A DNA stretch of 64,000 bases from positions 92,274 to 156,273 of the IMG/VR virus record IMGVR_UViG_3300030380_006185. The stretch is one strand, 5' to 3'. Of this stretch, positions 9,014 to 19,862 are shown in pieces (the stretch's first letter is position 1; each line of letters opens with the position of its first letter). Both the position numbers and the translations under genes were made by a program. The notes below the pieces were generated by a model. That model did not search any database. It saw nothing but the letters and a program-made list of their open reading frames with translations, and was not told where the DNA came from. The DNA comes from a virus.

Positions 9014-9963
9014 AATCCTGCTCTTTTTTGCATTAAATATAGATCTAAATCAAATTCTATACCTTCTTTTAATGACGCCTTTTTAATTAATAGTTTTTGT
9101 CTTTGATCAGGTGAAATACCTGTTACAACTAGTTTATATTTTCTTTTACCATCTACCTCAACTGGTTCAGTTTTATAATTTGCAGATGGAACATCTCCAA
9201 TTTCTTTTTGAAATTGTTTTCTAATTTTTTCTACTTTATCTAAAGAATCAGCCATAGCAGAAAGTGGTGGAACAACTTTTTTTTCAGGTTTTTTAATTAC
9301 CTCACCTGCATCGTCTGTTTTTTCAACATCAACAATTTCATACTCTAAACCTGAGTTATCCATTATTGTTTTCATTACTTTTTGAAGGTATGGTTTTGGT
9401 TTGTAAGGGCTGTTTTCTAATGGGAAAATAATTTTACCATCTTTTACATTAAAATGAACATCTTTTTCTAATCTACCAGCATACTTTTTTAAGTTAGCTG
9501 GTGTTTTTAATGGGAAATAATTTTTACCATATCTACCAATAAAATCTTTTGGGAGTTGTTTTCCCTCTAATGTATATAAATAATCTTCTATTTCACCTTC
9601 ATTTCCTGCAGTTTGCCATTCTTCAAATCCTGCTTTTGCTTGCTCCATTGCTTTTTCATAATCTTCGGGAGCTCGTTTTTTGATATCAATAAGTTTAAAC
9701 CCTTTTGCATCATTAGATCTTTCTGTCCAATCATTCCAAGCTGCTCTTGTTTTTTGAGCAGGAACAGAAGGTCCAAATGCTTTTTGTATAGCTTTTGGGT
9801 CACGTAGGTTTTGAGCATAGATACCATAGTTGTCTATATTATCTAAAGCGTCTAATGCAGCTGGTATATCTGTAGGTTGGATAGCAAGGTCGTATTGAAC
9901 CTTAAGTTGCTTCATTCCATCTTCTTCACCCTCTACCTCTCTTAAAATATCTGTTAATTTCAT
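9010..9963 (-). CDS. Array protein with MKLTDILRE leader and C-terminal MQKRAGL motif
   Basis: ORF track; 317 aa. Confidence 0.7.
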   Translation of the reverse strand: MKLTDILREVEGEEDGMKQLKVQYDLAIQPTDIPAALDALDNIDNYGIYAQNLRDPKAIQKAFGPSVPAQKTRAAWNDWTERSNDAKGFKLIDIKKRAPEDYEKAMEQAKAGFEEWQTAGNEGEIEDYLYTLEGKQLPKDFIGRYGKNYFPLKTPANLKKYAGRLEKDVHFNVKDGKIIFPLENSPYKPKPYLQKVMKTIMDNSGLEYEIVDVEKTDDAGEVIKKPEKKVVPPLSAMADSLDKVEKIRKQFQKEIGDVPSANYKTEPVEVDGKRKYKLVVTGISPDQRQKLLIKKASLKEGIEFDLDLYLMQKRAGL

Positions 9964-10223
9964 ATTTGGGCAATAGTTGGGTGTGGCCTATAATCAGGGT
10001 ATTTTTCTTTAAAATGAGTTTTTAAATGATGAGCTATTGCTAAATATGCGTTTTCTGCTTTTTCTGCTGTACGAATATCGTCTGATTTAAGAGCAAGAAT
10101 AGCATTTGAAAATTTTGCTTGAGCTATTGCTAAGTTTTCTGCTGCTCTACTTTCAAATTGGCCTATATACTGTTCCTCAAGTTTATTTTCAGCTAAATAT
10201 TTTTTTAGATTAAAATTGTCCAT
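9960..10223 (-). CDS. Leader-B array protein, first gene of the array
   Basis: MDNFNLKKYLAENKLEE. Confidence 0.7.
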   Translation of the reverse strand: MDNFNLKKYLAENKLEEQYIGQFESRAAENLAIAQAKFSNAILALKSDDIRTAEKAENAYLAIAHHLKTHFKEKYPDYRPHPTIAQI

Positions 10224-10236
10224 TTGATTATTTTGT

Positions 10237-10244
10237 TATAAATA
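10237..10244 (-). promoter_or_regulatory. Putative late promoter TATTTATA heading the leader array
   Basis: Same octamer lies shortly upstream of structural genes (44587, 47302, 48759, 49364, 51097, 52876, 53946, 56319) and at 3308. Confidence 0.65.
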
Positions 10245-10247
10245 TAT

Positions 10248-10277
10248 AAAAAAGGGGACCAATTACATTGGATCCCC
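10248..10277 (-). terminator. Intrinsic terminator closing the groES-groEL operon
   Basis: GGGGATCCAAT-gta-ATTGGTCCCC followed by a T-tract. Confidence 0.75.
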
Positions 10278-10526
10278 GTAAATATTATATCTTTTAGTTG
10301 GTTCAGGAAGTATTTCCTCTTCTTCACTTCTTATAGCAAATAATTTACTATCTAAAGGTGCTAAACGAAATTCAACTTTTTCTTGGTTTTTATCAAACCA
10401 TGCTTCTAAAGCATCAGTTATTGATTCATGAATTATTTCTTTTTCATCATTAACAAGTACCCACCTGTCTCCAGGTGGTACTCGTGTTGCAATTAATTCA
10501 TTTATTTCTACTACTTGTGTTTCCAT
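10263..10526 (-). CDS. Hypothetical protein
   Basis: ORF track. Confidence 0.6.
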   Translation of the reverse strand: METQVVEINELIATRVPPGDRWVLVNDEKEIIHESITDALEAWFDKNQEKVEFRLAPLDSKLFAIRSEEEEILPEPTKRYNIYGDPM

Positions 10527-10527
10527 A

Positions 10528-12462
<1,935 letters not shown>

Positions 12463-12466
<4 letters not shown>

Positions 12467-12819
12467 AATTCTACTTTGTTTAATAATGTTTCTAATCCGT
12501 TTCTTACTTCTTCCCAAGAACTAATATAGTCTTGGATTGAACTATATTCTCCTGGGTTGTTGTAAAATTTTTCTTTTGCTATTCTGTTTAAGGCATTTCT
12601 AAAACTTGAATAATAACCTACAGTTTTTTCAACTTCTTTACCTGTTGCTTTTCTTCCAGCAAACCCACGAGTAGAAATTGATTTTTCTATCACAGTAAAG
12701 TTTGTTGCATCTTTAGAAATATAAAAGGGTTCCATTAGTGGATCTTTTATAATACAATAAGATAAATTTTGTGTTTGTGTGTCTTTTGAGGGACGTCCTC
12801 TTTTTGTAGTTTTTGGCAT
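12463..12819 (-). CDS. Hypothetical protein with KRGRP basic motif
   Basis: ORF track. Confidence 0.6.
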
Positions 12820-12863
12820 AACTAAATTTAAATTTGTTCGTATAAATGTACAAATAAAATTGC

Positions 12864-13379
12864 GCTAGAGCACGCTTTTTTTAATAAAACTTACTTAATT
12901 TTAATTGATTTTGGTTTTGAACTTTCAGCTAAAGGAATAAATACTTCAAGCAATCCATTTTCTAGTTTAGCTTCTGTTTGAGCTAAATCAAATTTGGGAG
13001 CTATTTTATACCCTAGGTTAAAAGATTTTTTAGACAAACCATGATAAATTGTTCCTTCAGGAACGTTTTCATTTTTGTCATTTTTTTCATAACTAATTTT
13101 TAATACATCATCTTCAATATCTATTATAATATCTTTCTTAGTTAAACCAGTACAAGCAATCTCAAAATTGAGGCCTTTACTATTATAAAAAATATTTAGT
13201 GGATGTGGTTGTTTGGAATTTAATGCAGGTGCAAATTGGTCTTGCGCATTAAAAAAATTGCGGAATAAAATATCGAAAGGACTATGTTGCCTTTCATAAA
13301 ATTCTAATGTACTCATATCATTAATTATTGTGAGCGCCTTAGCTGCTCGGGTTTATAAAAACATAACTTGTGCTCTAGC
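12864..13379. repeat. 10-bp perfect inverted repeat flanking hsp20
   Basis: gctagagcac at 12864-12873 and gtgctctagc at 13370-13379. Confidence 0.7.
12891..13316 (-). CDS. Small heat shock protein (Hsp20/IbpA family)
   Basis: PLNI, AKLENGLLEVFIP, C-terminal IKIK. Confidence 0.92.
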   Translation of the reverse strand: MSTLEFYERQHSPFDILFRNFFNAQDQFAPALNSKQPHPLNIFYNSKGLNFEIACTGLTKKDIIIDIEDDVLKISYEKNDKNENVPEGTIYHGLSKKSFNLGYKIAPKFDLAQTEAKLENGLLEVFIPLAESSKPKSIKIK

Positions 13380-13403
13380 TACAATGTTATTTGTTAATAC
13401 ATA

Positions 13404-14138
13404 TTAAAAAGCACTTTCTTCTTTACGAATCATGTAATAAGTGCTTGTGGTATTTTCAGATTTAAATTCTAATTTAAGTAAACCTTGATAACTTAAACAT
13501 AAAGTTCCTTCCTCTAGATCTTTATTTACATTTAAAATAGTTTTAAACATATCTGAATTAAAAGGAATGCTTACATCTGCTTGTCTTATTTCTCCTGTTA
13601 GATTATAAGTAATTTTATTGTTATGACCTTGTTCATCTCCAAAAGTAACTACACATAAATCATCTCCATCTAAATCTGTATCTGGGGATATAGTCATGTT
13701 TCCTATACCCGCTAAAGCAGATTTTGCTTTAACTAAATTATCTACTTGTTCTTTTTCAAGTGGTAAAACCATATCCCATTTAGGTTCATCTACTGTACCT
13801 GGTTTGGCTATAAGTAAAGGATCAGATAAAGCATATGTTAAATTAAAATCACTATCAGCTAAAAACATTTTAGTGTAAACAGCTTTTGTTTTTTCAAAAT
13901 TAATTAAAAGATCACCTGAAGTTATATTTACTAAACTAAGTAGTTTTTTAGTGTCAAAAATAGCTAAATTACTATCTTCAACATTTATATCAGTATGAGT
14001 AACATTTCCTATTACTTCTTTATTTATAGACATAAAGTCTATATTTAATTTTTTATCTTGTATATTCCATTTAACAGACTCTATCTCACCAAGATAATAT
14101 TTGTTTATAACACTTTGTAAAACTAATTTATTAACCAT
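13404..14138 (-). CDS. Probable DNA sliding clamp (gp45/PCNA-like)
   Basis: 244 aa, two-domain clamp-like pattern, directly downstream of the polymerase. Confidence 0.6.
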   Translation of the reverse strand: MVNKLVLQSVINKYYLGEIESVKWNIQDKKLNIDFMSINKEVIGNVTHTDINVEDSNLAIFDTKKLLSLVNITSGDLLINFEKTKAVYTKMFLADSDFNLTYALSDPLLIAKPGTVDEPKWDMVLPLEKEQVDNLVKAKSALAGIGNMTISPDTDLDGDDLCVVTFGDEQGHNNKITYNLTGEIRQADVSIPFNSDMFKTILNVNKDLEEGTLCLSYQGLLKLEFKSENTTSTYYMIRKEESAF

Positions 14139-14170
14139 ATTTTAAATATAATAATTTTTTATTAAATAAC

Positions 14171-15103
14171 CTAACTAAAATTGAAAAACTTGTCTTTATA
14201 TGGATTTAAATTTAATGACCAACCTAAATCATCATAAAAACCCTCTAACTTATTTAGTAATATAGCATCAAATATTTTTTGTCTATCAGCATATTTTTCC
14301 ATAAACTCCTCTATTTTAGGTGGTAAATCAAAATCTAAAAACCCTAATGTATCTATCTGGTATGGGTTTGGTTTTAGGTAAATGAATTTAATTTTATCAC
14401 CTTGTGCTATATAAGAATGTTTAGTGTTTAATTTCCAAAATCTAATTAAATCGTTATATACAGCAGCAGCTTTAGCACTTACAGGGGCACCTTTAATCAT
14501 TTGGGTAAACATTTCACCTGCTTTAGGTTTACGACCCATATACTTGTTTAATGTTTTTACTCCTGTTGGGTTGCCTAATTTAACTAAAGGGATATCTCCA
14601 TTTAAGATTTGGTTTTTGAATTCTTTAACTTTTTGATCTACATCAGTTTGTGTAGAACCCTTCAAAACATCAATTAAAATATCTTTAAAAAACTTACCTA
14701 ATACAGGTGGAAAATTTGCTTTTTTAAACTCAAGACCTTTTATATCAAGTGACTCTTTTACTATACCTTCTTGTTTAGTAATCCATTGAGCATATCTTCT
14801 AGTTTTTCTAAAATAAGCTGATCTGATTACACATTCAGTCTTCATTTCAAGTCTATGAGTAGGGACATTAAAACATTCTTTAGCTAGTGTATTATAAGAA
14901 TCTGTGATAATATCTTGATATTTAAGGGCTACCTTTTCAAGTTTTTCATCCTTATCTTCATCAGACATTTTATCAAAATCAGGATAGAAGTGTTTTAGGA
15001 TAGGTTCAGCATGAAAGTAGTTGCTATCTGTGTCTACATAAGCACAGTAGTTTACATCACCTTCATCACAAATCATCCACGGTACGTCTTCTATATGCTT
15101 CAT
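14171..15103 (-). CDS. Family B DNA polymerase, C-terminal subunit (palm motif C and thumb)
   Basis: YVDTDS, RRYA, IKGLE, GDKIKFIYL; start moved to MKHIED. Confidence 0.9.
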   Translation of the reverse strand: MKHIEDVPWMICDEGDVNYCAYVDTDSNYFHAEPILKHFYPDFDKMSDEDKDEKLEKVALKYQDIITDSYNTLAKECFNVPTHRLEMKTECVIRSAYFRKTRRYAQWITKQEGIVKESLDIKGLEFKKANFPPVLGKFFKDILIDVLKGSTQTDVDQKVKEFKNQILNGDIPLVKLGNPTGVKTLNKYMGRKPKAGEMFTQMIKGAPVSAKAAAVYNDLIRFWKLNTKHSYIAQGDKIKFIYLKPNPYQIDTLGFLDFDLPPKIEEFMEKYADRQKIFDAILLNKLEGFYDDLGWSLNLNPYKDKFFNFS

Positions 15104-15104
15104 T

Positions 15105-15368
15105 TTAAAATCTTTGATCAATTCCAGGTGCTACCATTTTACCACTTGGTTTTTCTCCTTTTGAGGTAAGCACTTCATGAGGTGGAACTACTTCTATTTT
15201 AACACCTTGTATTTTACATTTGCCTCCTTGTTTAAGGAATTTTTTAAATAATATTTCTTGTTTTTCTGTCCAAGATTCACTTCTTTTTATTATAGTTTGT
15301 TTATCTACTATAACATTATCAAATTTAACTTGAACATTTTTTCTTATTGATTGTGGGGAAAGTGCCAT
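15105..15368 (-). CDS. Hypothetical basic protein between the two polB halves
   Basis: 87 aa, abuts both pol genes. Confidence 0.6.
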   Translation of the reverse strand: MALSPQSIRKNVQVKFDNVIVDKQTIIKRSESWTEKQEILFKKFLKQGGKCKIQGVKIEVVPPHEVLTSKGEKPSGKMVAPGIDQRF

Positions 15369-17143
15369 TATATTTCTGTTTTCATTAGTTTATTAATATG
15401 TCTATTTGCTGCTAAAGCTGATTCCTGAATGATTCTCCATCCACTTAATGTAATTGCTTCGCTCAATATTGCTTCATTCATCGCGTATCTAAATGTAGGT
15501 AAGGCAGTTGCACCATACAAACTATTCAGCAAAATTTTCATTGTATATTGCTTTAAATGAAACGAAGCACCTAATTCAGAATTACCTGATTTATATGCTT
15601 TTTTCATAGCATTTTTATATTTTACCCTTTCATCAAACCATTTATTCAAAATAATTGAAAGTACTGATTGTTTATCTGTTCTAAAAAATGTACCATTTGC
15701 AGAAACAGCCATTTCCATATCCTCAATTAAGTTAATTAAATTACCTACTTCAATTTGAGTGCGTTTACCTTTAGCATTTTCAATAGTAAGTTCTTCTTGT
15801 GGGTCTTTTTTCTTTAAATCATTTAAACCTAAATAGTTATTTCTAGAAGGGGAATAATATGTTGATTTTGTCTCCTTATCAGTAACCATATAAGGTCTAT
15901 ATTTTAGGTTTTCAGGTAAAGTTTGACTTATAATTCTACCTACCATTGTTTCTTTACCTATATTTAAAGACATAATAATACAAGGATATAGTGAAGTTAA
16001 ATCTTCATCAAACATATATTTGTATACACCTGCTTTAGGACAAAACAGATAACCACCTGCATATCCTTTTTTCTTTTTAGGGTTTGGTTCTTTTCTAGGT
16101 GGTATTATACCTTCAGATAATAGATAAGCTGAAATGGCTCCATCTTGTGTAACTGTATTGTGGTATACTTCTCCATAGTTGTGTTTTCCTTTATGGGATA
16201 AGTTTTTAGTTAATGCTAGATATTCTAATTTTTTGTCTAATTCAACTAAAATTTCAACATCACGAAAGTTATATTCTATAAATGTTTCAATATCTTCTTC
16301 AAATAGTCTATCTAAAGAACCATTATATTCTATTTTATTTAAACCAGCATACTTTTCACCTAATGCATCTAACTTCCAACTTGGTTCATCTTCCCAACTA
16401 TATTTTTTATGTAAACGCATATAATCAAGTGACTCAACCCCCGCTATCTCTATTGGTTGGTTTGAATCATATATCTCATTTGTTTTAAAACTACGTTTTT
16501 CTTTTACTTTTAAAATAGGAGATAAATACTCAACCATTTCTTCACCTAGTACATTTTTAATTCTATAGTACAAGTAAGGAATATCAAAATAATCACTATT
16601 ATAACCTACAAGGATATCTGGGTCTAGTTCTCTCATGTAAGTGAGGAATTTAGATAGTAATACTTCTTCATTGTAAACAGGGATTATTTCTTTATTCCCA
16701 TTTACTGTTGGTTGGATTTGTTGTTTTGGATCAAGAATAATGATTTTCCATTCATCTTCTTGTTTAAAATACCAAGCAATTGAAGTAACCTTTTTAGGTG
16801 CAGATTGAATATATTCAGGAGTTAAAGCATCTCCCATTTCAATCTCAATATCAAAAAATATCTCTTTATGAGTAGTTGAAGGTTCATCATTAATTCCATA
16901 CTTATCAATTAAGAAATTTTGATAAGGTGACATATCATGAAAATGAAGACCTGGTGTGTCTCTTTTCCATTTATATATCTTTTTTAATGGTTCACCATTT
17001 AGACCTTTGTACTTTGCTTCACTTTCACTACATTCAACATAAGCAGGAGAGGACCATTCACTAGTTGAATAGCCCTCATCAGTCCATAGGTGGATTAAAT
17101 ATTTATTATAACTTTTATATTCAGCAAAACACTTTTTGTACAT
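15368..17143 (-). CDS. Family B DNA polymerase, N-terminal subunit (3'-5' exonuclease, motifs A and B)
   Basis: FDIEI, GYNSDYFDIPY, YNFRDV, DLTSLYP, KILLNSLYG. Confidence 0.93.
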   Translation of the reverse strand: MYKKCFAEYKSYNKYLIHLWTDEGYSTSEWSSPAYVECSESEAKYKGLNGEPLKKIYKWKRDTPGLHFHDMSPYQNFLIDKYGINDEPSTTHKEIFFDIEIEMGDALTPEYIQSAPKKVTSIAWYFKQEDEWKIIILDPKQQIQPTVNGNKEIIPVYNEEVLLSKFLTYMRELDPDILVGYNSDYFDIPYLYYRIKNVLGEEMVEYLSPILKVKEKRSFKTNEIYDSNQPIEIAGVESLDYMRLHKKYSWEDEPSWKLDALGEKYAGLNKIEYNGSLDRLFEEDIETFIEYNFRDVEILVELDKKLEYLALTKNLSHKGKHNYGEVYHNTVTQDGAISAYLLSEGIIPPRKEPNPKKKKGYAGGYLFCPKAGVYKYMFDEDLTSLYPCIIMSLNIGKETMVGRIISQTLPENLKYRPYMVTDKETKSTYYSPSRNNYLGLNDLKKKDPQEELTIENAKGKRTQIEVGNLINLIEDMEMAVSANGTFFRTDKQSVLSIILNKWFDERVKYKNAMKKAYKSGNSELGASFHLKQYTMKILLNSLYGATALPTFRYAMNEAILSEAITLSGWRIIQESALAANRHINKLMKTEI

Positions 17144-17146
17144 ATT

Positions 17147-17362
17147 CTACTTACTTGAGGTAGATTTCTTTTTAGTAGTTGTTTTCTTTGTTGTTGATTT
17201 TGTATTTAAAGATGGTTCTTTAATCAATTCAATTTCTTTATCTAAACTATCAACAATCCCTATTAAAGTACTATGTGGTATTCTAGATATTACAGTTCTT
17301 GGAATATTATTCAAATGTGTTCTTAAACTATTTGATAGTTGTTTTAAATTTTCTTTATTCAT
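17147..17362 (-). CDS. Hypothetical protein
   Basis: ORF track. Confidence 0.5.
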   Translation of the reverse strand: MNKENLKQLSNSLRTHLNNIPRTVISRIPHSTLIGIVDSLDKEIELIKEPSLNTKSTTKKTTTKKKSTSSK

Positions 17363-17367
17363 TATTT

Positions 17368-17967
17368 TTATTTTTTTAAGTTTAAAAATTGTTTTAAATT
17401 TGGTCTAAAGTAGTTTATATTTTTCATTACTTTTCTATCACGTGTTCTATAGACGATATAATAGTCTTCAACCTTTTCATAGTGACATGCTTCCTTTTGC
17501 TCTTCGGCACGTACTCTAACGGTCTCTTGTGCCTCTTCTTCACTAGAACAAGCTTTTGACATATTCGATGCTTGTACTTCTTGATACGCTGGCCATATTT
17601 GGTCTTTAAGACCATGTAACATAGTGCCGTTGCCCAGGGAAACGTAGGCAATGTCACATAAAGCATCAAGAACTTCAACAATGTTTCCTGTTTCACAGGC
17701 TTCTTTATATTCTTCGAGCTCTTCAAGGATGAAGTCATATACAAACTGCCATTCCTTTTTTTCTGGGATTGTAGGTTCATAGTTATTTGGTTTACCCATT
17801 GTGTGATTAAATTCTTCTACCTCACTTACAAATGGTATATAATTTGGTTGTGGTTCTGGTTGTAAAGGATTTACTTCTTCTGTTAGTCTTTCATAGTACG
17901 GATTTAGTTCTCCGGTTTGGGGGTCGTGAGTAGGAATTAAATCTACTACATTTTTTCCTTTATTCAT
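17368..17967 (-). CDS. MazG/PRA-PH-like nucleoside triphosphate pyrophosphohydrolase
   Basis: EELEEY...EVLDALCDIAYV...EVQASNMSK. Confidence 0.85.
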   Translation of the reverse strand: MNKGKNVVDLIPTHDPQTGELNPYYERLTEEVNPLQPEPQPNYIPFVSEVEEFNHTMGKPNNYEPTIPEKKEWQFVYDFILEELEEYKEACETGNIVEVLDALCDIAYVSLGNGTMLHGLKDQIWPAYQEVQASNMSKACSSEEEAQETVRVRAEEQKEACHYEKVEDYYIVYRTRDRKVMKNINYFRPNLKQFLNLKK

Positions 17968-17983
17968 AATTTTATATTTAGTT

Positions 17984-19021
17984 TTAAGAAATGTGAATTA
18001 AACTTGACCATAGCTCATGAGGTACATCACTACTAAAGTTACTATCAGGAGCTAACATAACTGAAATAGCATCATGAGAATGGAGTGATTCTTGGTGTGA
18101 ACATACCACTCTAAAATCTTTAATTCTTTTATCTTCTATTAATTGTTCATATAATAGTCTAGCAGCATCTTCAACAAATTTTAGATATGAACCATTTAGT
18201 TCTGCAAACGCCATTTCATCTTCTCGTTTAACCATTACTTGGGTTTCTGTTTGAAGTGCTTCAATACACATTTCTTGTAAGTCCTCAATCCAAACCATAT
18301 CATCAAATTCTACAGATACTCTAGTTACAGATCTTTGTGAATGGGATACTGTTGCTTTATTTCTATATTTTCTAGCAAACTCAGCTAATTCATAAGAGCA
18401 AGGACAAGCTGATGAGTATACAAAGTCAAAGTGAATAATTTTTCTTAGTTCACCTTGTTTATTTAAATCACCTTCTAAAGTAACATCATAATATTGATAT
18501 CCAGCATTATCAGATCTTAGTGACTTTTGGATTATAGGGTATGAAAATTTAAGTGATATTTTAGAATCAAATGATTTCAATTTATCTTGGTAAGCAGACA
18601 AAACAGTTTCTAATTTATCTATACTAAAAGTATCATTTTTAAATTCATAAAATGATCTCATAATACGAGACATATTAATTCCTTTTTTATGAGCTTCAAG
18701 TGATACAGTTCCTGTTACTTTAGTTTCTAATTCTAAAATACCATTATCTCTTGTTTTATATTTTAAAGGTAATCTAAAGTTATGAATTCCAACTTGTTGA
18801 ATCTCAACAGGAGAACCTTGAATAAGTGAAGAAGGGCCATTCTGTAAATCTGGGAATGTTTCAATATCTTCTTTAGTAGGGCTATAATCTACATCATATT
18901 CTCTATTAGGTTCATCATATTTAATTGAGTAATCATTTTCAGGGGGAGATTTATAAGATTTAACGTCTCCTACCCATTCATACTTTTTAATAAATTTCTT
19001 TTTTGTTTTGTTTTTTAACAT
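17984..19021 (-). CDS. folE2: GTP cyclohydrolase IB
   Basis: PDLQ, KGINMSR, SACPCS, HSQRS, VKREDE, FVEDAAR, ESLHSHDA; start moved downstream of the promoter motif. Confidence 0.92.
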   Translation of the reverse strand: MLKNKTKKKFIKKYEWVGDVKSYKSPPENDYSIKYDEPNREYDVDYSPTKEDIETFPDLQNGPSSLIQGSPVEIQQVGIHNFRLPLKYKTRDNGILELETKVTGTVSLEAHKKGINMSRIMRSFYEFKNDTFSIDKLETVLSAYQDKLKSFDSKISLKFSYPIIQKSLRSDNAGYQYYDVTLEGDLNKQGELRKIIHFDFVYSSACPCSYELAEFARKYRNKATVSHSQRSVTRVSVEFDDMVWIEDLQEMCIEALQTETQVMVKREDEMAFAELNGSYLKFVEDAARLLYEQLIEDKRIKDFRVVCSHQESLHSHDAISVMLAPDSNFSSDVPHELWSSLIHIS

Positions 19022-19055
19022 ATAATCTATTTTTAATGTAAATATAAAAAATTTT

Positions 19056-19484
19056 TTAGTTTTTTCCAACCATTACTTTATAATCTTGTATAGGTTTTGA
19101 ATCTTTATTTTCCCAAGGATAAACAATCCAATCATTACTTTCAAATTTACAAGCATAGTAACGAGGTTCATACTTTGAAGTATGAGGTTTGTAATGGAGA
19201 ACAGCAGTGTAATATTCATACAAATTTTGGAGAGTTTCTCCACTATCACAAATATCATCTACAAATAATGTTTCATTATGAGGATGTCTTTCAGATAAAG
19301 AATGATAAGGTATTCTCATTTTATGAGATAACATAATAGCAGGAGTAAGCCCTCCTCTAGGTATTCCACATATATGAGTAAATTCTTTACCTGATTCTAA
19401 AATGTTTTTATGTAAGGTATCAACTAGTTCTTCTACCTCTTTCCAACTTATGTATATTTTTTTTATTTTATCTTTTTCCACCAT
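19056..19484 (-). CDS. Type I phosphoribosyltransferase (xanthine-guanine PRT-like)
   Basis: GIPRGGL, LFVDDICDSGET, WIVYPWE. Confidence 0.9.
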   Translation of the reverse strand: MVEKDKIKKIYISWKEVEELVDTLHKNILESGKEFTHICGIPRGGLTPAIMLSHKMRIPYHSLSERHPHNETLFVDDICDSGETLQNLYEYYTAVLHYKPHTSKYEPRYYACKFESNDWIVYPWENKDSKPIQDYKVMVGKN

Positions 19485-19851
19485 AATATTTTATTCCGTG
19501 ACCTTCAGCTATTAATACTTCTTGTAATGTAGGAGAAGGGGGTTCATGTTTAAGTGATTGATCTTTATAAAAATCTATTAATTGAATTTCTCCTAAACAT
19601 CTACCAAATTTACCTACTCCAAAAGATCTTAAAATAAACCTATTTTCATTTTTTTTCAAAATTTCTATAACTCTATTTTTTGCAGCTAAACCTTTTTTCT
19701 TTTCTTCTAAATCTCTTGTACGGGATTCAGGGGCATCCATACCATGTAATCTAATTCTTATTTTTTTAAAAGTACTAAACCCTAAATCTACCATAGCGTC
19801 AATAGTATCACCATCAACTACTTTTATTACTGTTGCATTATACTCAAACAT
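19468..19851 (-). CDS. Thermonuclease (SNase) family protein
   Basis: VVDGDTID, RIRLHGMDAPE, GKFGRCLG. Confidence 0.9.
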   Translation of the reverse strand: MFEYNATVIKVVDGDTIDAMVDLGFSTFKKIRIRLHGMDAPESRTRDLEEKKKGLAAKNRVIEILKKNENRFILRSFGVGKFGRCLGEIQLIDFYKDQSLKHEPPSPTLQEVLIAEGHGIKYYGGKR

Positions 19852-19862
19852 GCCTTATATTT

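Larger units (their letters stand above)
5687..10223 (-). repeat. Dispersed 40-60 bp leader-encoding repeats: type A x5 plus 1 internal, type B x5 plus 1 internal
   Basis: On + strand, type B core tcatttaatagcttattttcagctaa at about 6811, 7672, 7915, 8961 (variants near 8680, 10180); type A copies end at 6058, 6672, 7001, 7483, 8520. Confidence 0.9.

Noticed and set aside
12820-13400. CIRCE element controlling groESL/hsp20
   Set aside because: The inverted repeat does not match TTAGCACTC-N9-GAGTGCTAA and its arms are about 500 bp apart.
15103-15368. Intein or group I intron splitting polB
   Set aside because: No intein terminal motifs, no homing endonuclease motifs and no non-coding space for a ribozyme; cannot be fully excluded without RT-PCR.
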